From the NCBI GenBank assembly GCA_010093995.1, contig ML992502.1:261868-325867 (forward strand): a stretch of 64,000 bases of DNA, given 5' to 3'. This DNA comes from Elsinoe ampelina. Lineage: Eukaryota. Below, piece by piece: positions 12,418 to 23,951 of this stretch. The notes beneath the pieces are model-generated. The model saw nothing but the letters and a program-made list of their open reading frames with translations. It had not been told where the DNA came from and ran no database searches. Each line of letters begins with the position of its first letter. Positions within the stretch are counted from its first letter, which is position 1. Position numbers and translations under genes: made by a program.

Positions 12418-13343
12418 TCAATAATCGTCCTCGCCACCCCCCTCGTCGCCATATCCGGCGTCGTCATCCTCTCCGCCTTCAAAGTACTGCTCCGCATTGT
12501 AATCGTCGTCTTCGTCCTCGTCGTCCTCGTCGAATTGATCTGGATCTTTGTCGTCTTCCTCATCGTCCTTGTCTTCTTCGTCTGGCTTGTCTTCTTTCTC
12601 TTCATCCGCGTCTTCGTCCATGTTCTCGTCCTTTGGCTCGTCTTCATCGGGAGCGTCGGCCCATTTGTCGATGTTGACCATTTTGCTGATTTGATGGGTC
12701 TTCTCGCCTTTGACGTCTACTCCGATGGTGTCCCATAGCTCTTGCGGGAAGTATTCCTTGACAAATGGACGTTTGTGGAGATTGGGCAGGTGGTTTCGCT
12801 GTTTCTTAAAGCGTTGCGAGTAGGTCTGCTGGCCGTCGAAGGGGTTGAAGAGCGCTGTCGGTGGTGTGCGATCCCTACCGCGACGTGACTTGGAGACTCG
12901 AGCGGACGGATCCAGGATGCAGTAGAATGGACCGTCGTGGATGCGGGCGCGAAGGGTGCGGTAGTTGTGGACTGACGCTCGCTCGGCATGATCAGGAGGT
13001 CTGGCTATCGGCGGGTCGATTTTCTGGTCATTTGTGAGCTCACTGGTCTGCAAGGGGAGTGAAGTCATGGTGGACGCCCGCGCTTGCTCGGTGGCAACGT
13101 CTGTACACGCATGATCGGGCGTGGTGATGCTGGTGCAGGAGGAAAGTGAGAGGACAAGATAACAAGGAAACTGGCGACGGAATGCGGGGATGTTGGCGGC
13201 GGTCTTACTGGAAACGTCTCGGATGGCTTCGTGTCTATCAAGCCTTGTACAGCTGGGTCGTCGAGGCCGAGGCGTCTTTCGAGTTCGCCTCTGGAGCCTC
13301 CCCCAGCAGCGCCTCCGAAGCCGCCTCTACCTCCCCTCGACAT
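12418..13343 (-). CDS. RPC31: RNA polymerase III subunit Rpc31; probable intron 13208-13024
   Basis: MSRGGRGG start, PSETFP, GPFY, YSQRF, FPQELW, acidic tail with DDDYNAEQYFEGGE; 3' splice site has alternative candidates. Confidence 0.88.
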
Positions 13344-14064
13344 GGTATGCGGCCTTCACCTGGAGATGTGCGGGGCTTCTGTCACCGTCGTTCTAGACGT
13401 AAAAGTTCTGGTTTTCGAGCTGGTCCGGTGATGCTGTACATGGTCAAAGTAGACCTTTAGCTGTCGAAAGCTCCGCTGGTGAAGAAGAAACAGCTAAATG
13501 TGAGTCGAGGTGAGACTTCAGGTAAAGGTGAATCGTAGTGTGTGTGGTGAGTCGTCTTTTTTTTACGGTGGAGAATCGGAAAAAAGCTCGGGGCACATGT
13601 TTGCCCATCACTTGCATTGTTCACCGATCATATGTGAAATTTGATGATTTAGAAGCGGGCTACAGCATTGATAGGCAAGCGATCGCAATATATGTAGTCG
13701 TCCCTCGCATGCGATCGATGCAAGTTGAGCGAATCATGGCAGGAAATAAGTAAAACTGGTCAACCTTGGTGCTACACACTTGGGACAAGCCAAATGATAC
13801 ACAAGACGCTGGTGACGAGGTTCAGGACATACTACCAGAGACGTGGTGCATGATCTCGGTCTCTGGCTTGTGTGACATGTAGCTGGTAGTAAAATCTCGG
13901 TCGTCCTACCAGGTCTTTATGTAATTTGTCCTTAGTTTTGAAGCAAAAAAATGGCAGCGGCGGGGTTCTGGTAGTTTTAACGCGGCGGGGACGCCGGACC
14001 GGATGCCCTTTTTTGCACTTTTTTGCCCTCTGATTCAACTTCACATCTTGATCACGTGCAGCAC

Positions 14065-16510
14065 ATGCGGCGATCTATCTGGTCTAGACTGCTTTTCACA
14101 AAGACATGTACTGTTCACCGAGAGCTTGAGAAATTAAGACCACGAAAAATCGCATACCCGGCCTACAGCACGTCTTCTATCATGGAAGCCAATATCGACT
14201 CGCCCCCAAAGGCAGGGCAAATCCTGATACATGATGGTCTCGAGTACAATACCATCAAAGAAGGACGAGCATATATTCTGGTACCTCCAGGAGCAAAAAC
14301 TATCACAGATCCAAAAGCTTCCAAGGAGGATCCTGGTGATGCGCAAAAAGTCTTCTACAATCCCATCCAGCAATTCAATCGAGATCTGAGCGTGCTGGCC
14401 ATCCGAGCTTTTTCAGAAGACTTTGAGAGCCGAAGGACGCAACGCAGTAAAGTCGGCCGCAAGGAAAGGCTGCAGCAGAGGAAGCAGAAGCAAAAAGAGA
14501 AGAGAGAGAAGATCGCGGCAGTACTGGACCGAGACGCACTTGCACCAGTCAATGGATCCGAATCGAAAGAGGCCCAAAGTGAGGCCGAAGTCAATCCTCG
14601 AAAGCGCAAGTCCGAGGACGATGCACAAGATGTGGCGACTGAGAAACGACAACGACTAGACGAATCAAACACGACGAACGGTGCCACTGGCCTTCATGAG
14701 CAATCTGAAGTCGGACCAGCGCATACAGAGCCCGCACCGATCGCGAATGGGACAGCTATCGAACCTGCTGCTGCTTCGGCTCTTCCGACCGGTCAAAGGC
14801 CGGATGATAAGCTACGCCCTCACATGCGCATACTCGATGCCTTGTCCGCGACCGGTCTTCGAGCTCTCCGCTATGCTTCAGAACTGCCCGTACCTACTCA
14901 AATCGTGGCAAATGACCTTCTCCCTAAAGCGACTGCCGCGATCAAGCTCAATGCCATGCACAACAAGCTCACGCACGCCATCAAACCCGTGACTTCAAAC
15001 GCCCAAGCTCACATGTACAGTGCAGCATTTGGTTATTCAGAACATGCGTACGGCAAATACGATGTCATAGATCTTGACCCATATGGCAGCGCGGTATCGT
15101 TTCTCGACGCTGCGTTGCTGGCCCTTCAGTCCCCAGGGCTACTCTGCGTGACCTGCACCGATGCAGGCGTCTTCAACAGTCTCGGATATCTCGAGAAGAC
15201 ATATGCACTCTATGGGGGCATTCCCATCAAGGGTTTCCATGCTCACGAAGGAGGACTTCGTCTTATCCTGCATGCCATCGCCACTGCCGCTGCTAAGCAC
15301 GGCTTGACAATCGAGCCTCTCCTCAGTCTCAGTATCGACTTTTACGCCCGCGTCTTCGTACGAGTCCGTCATGCTCCCGTCGAAGTCAAGCATCTCGCCA
15401 GCAAGACGATGCTCGTACACAGCTGCGATCACGGCTGTGGATCCTGGAGTACTCAGTTCATCGGTCGAGCAAAGAAGGTAGACGGAAGAAGAGGTGCCGA
15501 GTTCTGGAAGTTCCAACAATCGCAAACCACAGCCGATAAACTCTGCGAGCACTGCGGCTCCAAGACACACCTCGCCGGTCCAATGTGGGGTGGTCCCTTG
15601 CACAATCCCTACTTCATCGAGCGAATCCTAGGCTACCTCCCCGGTCTCGACCTCGACGTCTACCAAACCACCGAACGCATCGAAGGCATGCTCAGCACCG
15701 CTCTCGAAGAACTCGACGTCATCCCCGGTCTAGACGACACAAGCCTCAGCAAACCCTCCCTCCCTCCCACAAACGGCAAACCCCAACCCTCAAAACCCCA
15801 GGCCCCCGACTCAGCCCCAACCGACCCCCCCTCCCCCTCCCTCCTCACAGGCGACNNNNNNNNNNNNNNNNNNNNNNNNNNNNNNNNNNNNNNNNNNNNN
15901 NNNNNNNNNNNNNNNNNNNNNNNNNNNNNNNNNNNNNNNNNNNNNNNNNNNNNNNNNNNNNNNNNNNNNNNNNNNNNNNNNNNNNNNNNNNNNNNNNNNN
16001 NNNNNNNNNNNNNNNNNNNNNNNNNNNNNNNNNNNNNNNNNNNNNNNNNNNNNNNNNNNNNNNNNNNNNNNNNNNNNNNNNNNNNNNNNNNNNNNNNNNN
16101 NNNNNNNNNNNNNNNNNNNNNNNNNNNNNNNNNNNNNNNNNNNNNNNNNNNNNNNNNNNNNNNNNNNNNNNNNNNNNNNNNNNNNNNNNNNNNNNNNNNN
16201 NNNNNNNNNNNNNNNNNNNNNNNNNNNNNNNNNNNNNNNNNNNNNNNNNNNGGGGGGCAGGGAGGATGGGAAGGTTGATGGGAAGACGGACGGCGAGGGT
16301 ATGGGGAAGGAGGGAAGGGTGAAGGAGGGAGGAGTGAAGGAGGGGAAGAGGGAGGGGAGGATCGAGGGGCAGATTGGGGGAAAGAAGGAGGCGAAGAGGG
16401 AGGTCGTCTTCGATGAGGTGTTGGGCAAGGATAAGCAGGGGAAGAAGTTGACCAGGTATCAGCAGAACCCAAGGGCCAATTGGGGGCCGATGAGCAGAGC
16501 AAAGGGGTAG
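14065..16510 (+). CDS. TRM1: tRNA (guanine-26-N2,N2)-dimethyltransferase; interrupted by assembly gap
   Basis: VFYNPIQQFNRDLS, ILDALSATGLRALRY, IDLDPYGS, CVTCTD, AGPMWGGP; C-terminal YQQNPRANWGP after the gap. Confidence 0.93.
15856..16251. other. Assembly gap (N run)
   Basis: 396 N bases between C-rich and G-rich sequence. Confidence 0.99.
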
Positions 16511-16809
16511 AGGTCTGTGGCTGCCATGGATGAGATGGTTGAGAGCAATTGCGAGAATGTATTCATGTTTCCTTCATGGTGTATGTCCTACAACGCCTCG
16601 CTTTTACTCGTCTGCAGTGCCTGCCCTTCATCGGGTCGTGATCATAAGCTACCGTGTTTGTAAGATATCAGCCTGACTCCATCAACCATGTATCTCCTCC
16701 CCAAGCTGAATTACTACCAGCAGGTCTTGCCCTTGCCCTTAATCTGATCCTCGTCCCATGTCTAACGTATCCTCTCATGGTCCATTCCTATCCCATACTA
16801 CCAGCACAG

Positions 16810-16834
16810 CCTTGTCCTTGTCCTTGTCCTTGTC
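16810..16834 (+). repeat. Hexanucleotide microsatellite (CCTTGT)4
   Basis: ccttgtccttgtccttgtccttgtc between the TRM1 stop and the next convergent gene. Confidence 0.85.
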
Positions 16835-16904
16835 ATGATCCCATTTCTAATGCGATCCCTTCCGGTCCATTCCTCCCATACCTTCAACCTCTTTGCCAGA
16901 CTCA

Positions 16905-18304
16905 TCACCTCACCCCCTTACTCCCCGCACTCTCCCCCACACCCACCACCTCGTCCCTCTCCTCCTGCGTCGTCTCCCCCATCCCCCCTTCCACCTGTCG
17001 CCTCCTCACCGACGCCTCAGTAGACTGACTCTCGCTCCTCTCTCTTGGCCCCGCCACACCAGCCACCGATCCCTGCGCCGCCGCCCAAGCGGAAACATTC
17101 ACACCTCCTGGACCTGCTATCCTTTCCCCTGCCCCTGCCCCTGTGCCGGTACCAAGCACAGAAGCCGGTGTCGAGGCCACTTGTCCAGGAGCGGAGACAG
17201 ACATGGCTTCGCTCGTGCCACTCTCTCTTCTCCTTCGGAGCTGGCGTTCTAAGGCTTTGACTTTCTCTCGTAGCGCCTCGTTCTCAATCTTCACGGTTTC
17301 GAGTTCTTGGCGTGCTTTCTCTGCGTCGATGAAGGATGGGGAGGATATCCCTGGCCCTGGTATGGGTGGCGCGCTTGTTCCACCTCCTGCTCCTGCTAGT
17401 GCGAGCCCTAAGCTCCCTACTGGAGTCCCTGCTGTGGAGGTCGCTGAGCCTGTCCCGCTGCCTTGTGTTGCTGCTGTAGACGCGACGCTGATGCCGCTCA
17501 TGGCGCTGCCTGCGTGGCTGAGTGCTGGGCGGTGGGGGAGGGTGAGCCCGCCTGGTGCATTCGTGTAGCTGTGACTGTACGTGTCTGAGCTGATGCGGGC
17601 GGGAGTACTCGTACCGCTTGCAGAGATGGAAGGATTACGGGAGACGGATGATCTGGTAGTTGCTGCGGCGGCACGGTCGGCGGAGGCTTGGCTTTGACCG
17701 TGAGGTGGAGGGTGGGTAGTGCTTGTGCTGGTAGAATTAGGATTGGTGCCGCTGCGAGAGATGGAGGAGGAAGAGGAGCGGTGCCGGCGGCTGGGAGTGG
17801 GGTGGGTTGGGCCAGTGATTTGGTGGGCGGGATTGGGGTCGGTGGGATCAATGAGGGGAGTCGAGGTGGTGGAGCTGAGGGAGTGGTTGCTGGCGACAGA
17901 GGCGGAGTGCTGGGCTCGTAGGGCGGTAAGCTCGCGAGTAAGGCGATTGACCTGGATTGTTAGTGGTAGGAACGGCTTGAGTGCGGTGAATATCGATTGG
18001 GAGTGTGGTAGGCAATGGTTGAAAGTGTGGTAGGTACAGACTTGGGGAGAGGACATACAACTGCTTCTTGCTCTTTCTCCAGCTCAAGATGGAGCTCTGC
18101 TGCGGTCAAGGGTCGAGGGTGTCGAACGGGCATGCCGTGCTCGCTGTGGGCAAAGACAGGACTGTGGTGCATGGCGGGGCTTGTGCCGGACTGGGCCATG
18201 ACTTGAGAAGGGCGGCGAGAATTGGATGTCGAGGGAGGTTGAGAAGTGCGAACGCGTTGTTGCTGGCGGGGAGAGGAAGGGACAGAGTTGAGATCTGGTG
18301 CCAT
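16905..18304 (-). CDS. Conserved fungal coiled-coil hypothetical protein; intron 18058-17952
   Basis: MAPDLNS...PRPLTAAELHLELEKEQEAV|VNRLTRELTALRAQ; GTATGT...CTAAC...CAG; second coiled coil ELETVKIENEALREKVKALE. Confidence 0.82.
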
Positions 18305-18879
18305 GATTTTGTTGGATCGTGTAGCGATAGTTGGCTTCCGATAGTATCAAGGAGTTTCTGGTAGTCTCAAGGAGTAGCCGCGTTGATGTTTCACTTTGTG
18401 CTTGCCCGTGATGCTAGTTGCAGATGTGTAGAATACAGCGAGTCATCGGCATATAGCTACCAGTAGTGCTCCAAGCATGGTGAGGTACGGTAGAGATCTC
18501 AGGAATAATGTACAAGGGTTGACAGGTGAGGTTCAGAAAGGGCCACTTCACTTCAATGTGGGGAAGCTCGAGCACAAGCTGGGGACTGCTCAGGTCCGAG
18601 GTCTGCACTGTAAACACCTCTGACAGTGAGGGACTGCTGACCGCCATGTTCTGACGGTGTGTGTGCTGGTTGCGACATCGACTTTGTCATTCATCGCAAG
18701 GAAGACTGCCATGCTGATGTCCTGCCTCGGGTCCGCGTCAAATGTCCTGCCTTTCCTAATCTGGGGGGGATGCACAGAAGGCAAAAGGTCACATGGCTAG
18801 GTCCTGCGAGCACCTCCGATCAGAAGTCTTCTTTCTATAATTCGCCTGTCGTTCCTTCTCGTTCGGACAAGGCAGGACA

Positions 18880-20261
18880 ATGGCATCGACAACAACTTGG
18901 CTGATCAGCCAGTGGACTAACCCTCGCGATATCTTCACTGTCCTTCTGATCGTTGGAGGCGACGTGGTGCAACTCGCCATAGCTCAGATATGCGCGGGCC
19001 CTGTGCCATGGCTGGCACCCGTTCCATTTTCCTTTGGTTGGGCAGGTCTCTAGAACTTACTAGGAAGCTTCTGCTGATCATACAGGTGTCGTATGCGATG
19101 ACGGCAACGATGGCCGCCGTGGGTGGAAGACCTCTAATGCCGAAGCCTGAGCTTGACTGTCTGGTCATAAACGCCCACTCTGGTTATTCTCGGAAGAATT
19201 GCTCCTGGGTTCTGTCGCGCATACTCCGCGATTTCGACCATTGGAGACCTGCCATCTGCGACGAGTTAGAGCTTAGGGTGCTTGAGCGATTGCGTTCAGC
19301 CTCTGGTCCTCCACCGGATCAACGCGCTGCCAAGCAGGCGACTGGCACGATATCCAAATTAGACCATGCTAGCGTTATTCGTATAGGACTCCGCATCACG
19401 GTATGGCAGTGCGTAAAAGCAGATGGTGTGGGCATCGGGGACTGGGTGTATTGGACTGGAACTGTCGTGACCATCATTCAAATCGCAATCAGCATCATCC
19501 CGTGGGCCATGTATGATGAGTGGTTTACATTCTTAATTGTCAGTACAGGATCATTCCTAGCGTATACTAGCGCTGGTCTTCCGCAGTGGAGGAAAGAGAA
19601 GGTCGACTGTCGGAAAGCGCCGCCCATAAGAAGGAAAGACATCGTTCTGACAGAGGGTAATGGCTCGAAAGAGGCTGTCTTGTTACTCGGCTGCGATAAT
19701 GGCATGGATCTAGAACACTTTGCTGCTTCTTCAAGGGTTCAAGCTGGATCTGTAGCCTCAAGCGTTACTTCAATCTTGCTCGCAAGCTTCTGGTTATCTT
19801 TGCTCGTTAGTGTTGCTGGCTGGCAGAGGCATACTTGGTACTTACTGAGCATCGGTTTGATCGGTGCTATACACAATCTTGTAGTGGTCGGGATCGCACG
19901 TAACCCAGAAGCTTTCGGCTTGCATTTACGGTACCAAGACACGATAATGGCGCAGCGAGTGATGGAATCATTATGGCACCTTGAAGAGAAACACCCATAC
20001 GCAGGACTCGCGCTCCTCCAAGAATACTTCCCAGGTCCTTTGACCCGGCGAGAAGAGGCACTCTGGGGTTATGCACGCAGACGCGCTGAGGCCCAGAGCC
20101 CACAAGGTATCTCGAAACATAGGTGGGCCATGCCGGCGATGACAGGCGCTTTCACCAGTAGCCTGAGCAGCTATTGCGAGGACATCCCGAAACACGGTCC
20201 ATACCAGACGGAGACCGACCAGAGTTGTGTGAAGTCGACAGGTGCCCAGTCCTCGAGATAG
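18880..20261 (+). CDS. Uncharacterised multi-pass membrane protein (about 5-6 hydrophobic segments); GC-AG intron 19042-19085
   Basis: QWTNPRDIFTVLLIVGGDVVQLAIAQ...PVPFSFGW|VSYA...LMP...SWVLSRILRD...GLPQWRKEK...MDLEHFA...TWYLLSIGLIG; only a GC donor keeps frame. Confidence 0.8.
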
Positions 20262-20333
20262 CTCTTCGATCCTTGGAGCCAGTACTTCGCCGCACAAGTG
20301 TGTAGCCAAAGGTCAGCGGAAATACCCAACTAA

Positions 20334-23300
20334 TTACAGCTTTCGCATTATCACCACGCTCCCCGGTGGCCCGCCTCGGCGTAGCCAAGCAGGAATTCTG
20401 TCTTTTTTGGGTTCCGAGGATGCTTTGTTGAAAGAATCCACCCATTTCTGGAAGCCTGGCCCAAAGAGGTCGATGTAAATTCCACGAGCGGACGAGAGAA
20501 AGCCATAGCCAAATATGAATACAGCACAAGCAACCATGACAGCCCCGAAGCCTTCTCTCGAGACTGTTGAGATGTGTCAGTCTGTGAACATCTGTGGAGG
20601 CACGCAACCTACGACCTGCATTGGAACTCGGGCTATCCGGTTCCCATCCAAGCTTCCGGAGAAATTCATCGCTGCCATGTGGGTTCCTCCCACCCTGATA
20701 GATTGCGAGAAGGGGTATCCCGGTGACAAGCAGGCAGATGGAAAACAACATGCTGATATTCGTGAGTCTCAGCGTTGTCTCTCGATGCAATGGATTACGT
20801 ATCCTGCGCTGATAAATCTGCGAAAGATCGTAGTCATCTATGCAAGTCAGCACCATGCAAGGGGCAATTCTTCAATTGGACTCGCGTTACCGTGATCAAA
20901 ATATATGCGATCGACCTGGTCGGGGAGCGGGCATGCATGCTCAGCAGGTTCTGTAAATTGCGTCTGATGCCGGAAGAACCATTGTTTTCCAGTCCAGACC
21001 CGAAATGAAGTGTCAAACCTGACGACGAAATCTCGTTGATTTCTCTGGACAATACCGTAACGTGCACCTGCTCCCATGCAGCCATGTTGTGATATCATGT
21101 GCGAGAGCTGTATGATGAGCAAGCAAGCGTCTGGCTCACAATCTTCATAGGAATCCCGACGAGCCTCAAGATTGTCCGTGCTAACCGGTACTGTTTCGGT
21201 ACCGTCTGATCTGTTGTGTTCAACGATCAAATCTTTTGATTGAGGCGGTGCACCTGGCAAGGAGATCAAGTAAGTACTGGTGGCAAAAGGTATCTTGGGT
21301 GCGATCATCAACACCATCGTGCTAGCCTCACAATCGGCCAATTTGAGGTACAACCTACTCAATTCTGTGCTTCTGGTCTCGACGTCAGGATATGTATCAT
21401 CCGGCGACAGTCGGACGGGCGTCCAATTCGAGATAGGCTCTCCAGCGATCTCGCTTGGTATCCAGGCATCCTTAGGGGCAAGGTCTCCTCGCGGGACTCT
21501 CTGAGCGATAAACATCAGATCCAATGGGAAAGCACGTAACGAGAGAAGCATTCGAAATAAGCATAGGTGATCTGGCGTACGAAGGACCTCACCAATGTCA
21601 AATTCCAGAAGATGTGCGAAGATCAGAAGCAAGTCCACAGGTCTAGAGGCTGAACGCTGCAAGAGATTGTTCCAAGCCTCTACCACTTGCGTGAAAGTCG
21701 GAAACCCGCCGCTACCGTATCCCTGTCGTCGCCTCTCGAAATTCAATGGTCTTCTAAGCATGAATTTCACGGGCAGCTTGCCAGACGATGTGCTGCTTTG
21801 TTCACCAATTGAAGGACGCCAAGCATGTTTGAGACGAATAAGAAATGGCGTTGGACGATGCAGTGGATCGAGCGCAGCGTTGACTTTGAGTGACCGCTTA
21901 CGGATCCGTCGAAGAACCGGAGTTAGACGCAAGGGCGATACAGCCTCTCCTAGATTCACCAGAGCGGATTCCGCGCCTACGAAGTAGCACCGTGCTGCCA
22001 ATGCGCCCTCTTCTAGCGTCCATGCCCGTTGTAACCATTTGCAGCCGAGTACATGTCCCGCTAACCTTTCGGCCTGATCTTCAATCTCCTGAGCGGACAT
22101 TCTGTCGTGACCGGGTGTTTTCATAGCCAGCAAGGTGAGGTCACTGTCGAGGACAATTACTTGGCGTGCGGCGGTGAAAACCGGAGTTATGTGCCGGATC
22201 GTCCGGAGTCTGAGGTGCTTTGCGTCTTGACCTGGAGGAGCGCGGACAGGGATGCACAAAGTGTCCATCCAGAAGAAAGTCCGGCCCGCTCGTTCTGGTG
22301 AACGCCGTATCGAGACAGCGTTGTATAAACTCTCTGCGTTAGAAGCTTGCGCTTGGCTAATCAGATCAGCCTTCGAAACAAGGCGTGCTATGCGTGTCAT
22401 TTGGCAATGAGGCAACGCGTTGCTTTTTGGATTGCCGAGACCATCACTCCAGACGTGAGATATTGCAGCATATCGTAGCGTGGAGTCGGCTTCATGAAGT
22501 TGCAGATCCAGGTTTGGATCGTTGAGATTGACCGATACCACCGGCATTCGACCACCTTGTATGATCCGGCAAAGATGCTCGATCTGAACAGTGATACTTG
22601 TACAGGAACAGTCTGGATTGACGTGTCGGACCTCGTAAGATCTTTCCTGTTCCTGGCTGAGATCGTGCGCAACGCATTTGCCTTTACTCACGCATCGCGA
22701 GTGATCTGCAAGGTCATCATGCTCTCTGACGATTCTTGAGATGTAACTGACAGAAATGTAATCGCATGCCGCCGCAAGGTAGCGGGCTCTTGTCGGACAC
22801 CAGCCGTTGATCGCGAATCGATGAAGTAATAGGCGTACAGAGAGCGGCACCGGGCCTCTCAAGAGTACCAATTTCCGATAAACTCGGGGTGACATCCATT
22901 GGTAAATCTCTTCCTCTTCTCTCAACGTCTTACGCTTTCCAGACCATATCCGGGATGTGCGATTGTAGGTAATGATTCGTAACGCCGACGATAGGACTAG
23001 GCGCAGACGATTGATGAGCAATCGTATTGTGAGGAGGGTGTAGGCGAAATTAGTCCCCTCGCTGTCTTCAGCCTCATCTGGGAGGGGTCTGTCGACGACA
23101 TCGAACTTGTCCAGTATCAAATCTGCCGAGCACAAGAGCTCCGTAAGACCTCGGTGAGCCGTATGCAGTGCTGTATCCACGAGACCTACGAAGTGGTCCT
23201 TCCAACGACTAATGAAATCATTGAACACGTCTTCTCGTGGAGCAAGCAGCCAACGTCCATGGCTATCCTCAACGTGGATTAGCGAGTCACGTGGGACAAC

Positions 23301-23552
23301 ATGGCCGAGAAATTTGAACAGCAGTCCCCAGATCAGTAGAGCTTGTAAGTAAGATGTCTTTGCGTCTAACGACAATTCTTGAACATGCTCCAACGGTGAC
23401 TCGGCGGTACCCGAAACGAACGGCTCACCATACCGTAGTATGCCTTTGCCCCACTGCAGAGGAGCTCCATTGGGGATGTACTCAAAGACATCAATTGACC
23501 ATGGGATGAAGCATGGGGATGCGTTTGGAGGAGCTGGTAAAATTGTCTCCAT
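20334..23552 (-). CDS. HET-domain (heterokaryon incompatibility) protein with C-terminal TM segments; introns 20890-20838 and probable 20615-20564
   Basis: YAAISHVWSDGLGNP, ALPHCQ, FFWMDTLCIP, VIVLDSDL, WLQRAWTLEEG; N-terminal GWCP...HSRC...C.AH...HV..DCSC Cys/His cluster; splicing adds two hydrophobic helices and removes the apparent overlap with the neighbour. Confidence 0.87.
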
Positions 23553-23951
23553 CGAGGTCCGAGAACCGAAGAGATCGATGAGAGGCGACACGATTGCAAC
23601 ATGCGATGATGCGTTCTTGTGCTGTGAATCAGTGGAAGGCAAAGCGGCTCAAATTCAGCCCCAGTCCCGCTTCGCTAGCCTGAAGGAAGCGTCGCGCGGG
23701 CCCAGGCACTCAGCTCATATCGATCTAGACATTTTGTGACAGCACGAAGTATCACACGTGTCATGCTGTGTTACTGCGGCTGGGATCGACTGTTTCCGGC
23801 ATGTTTATATGGTATCGTGATCTTTCATCCCGACCGCCTGCTCGACAGGCGCCACAACGAACTCAAGCGTCTTGACGAGCCGCAAAGACAAAGCGTCACC
23901 TTTGGCGGCTCATACTCTCTTGCCGTCCACATGACCGAATCCGGACTTCCA

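Noticed and set aside
20152..20261. Antisense coding overlap between the HET gene and the membrane gene
   Set aside because: Disappears if the probable intron 20615-20564 is spliced; kept only as a possible retained-intron isoform
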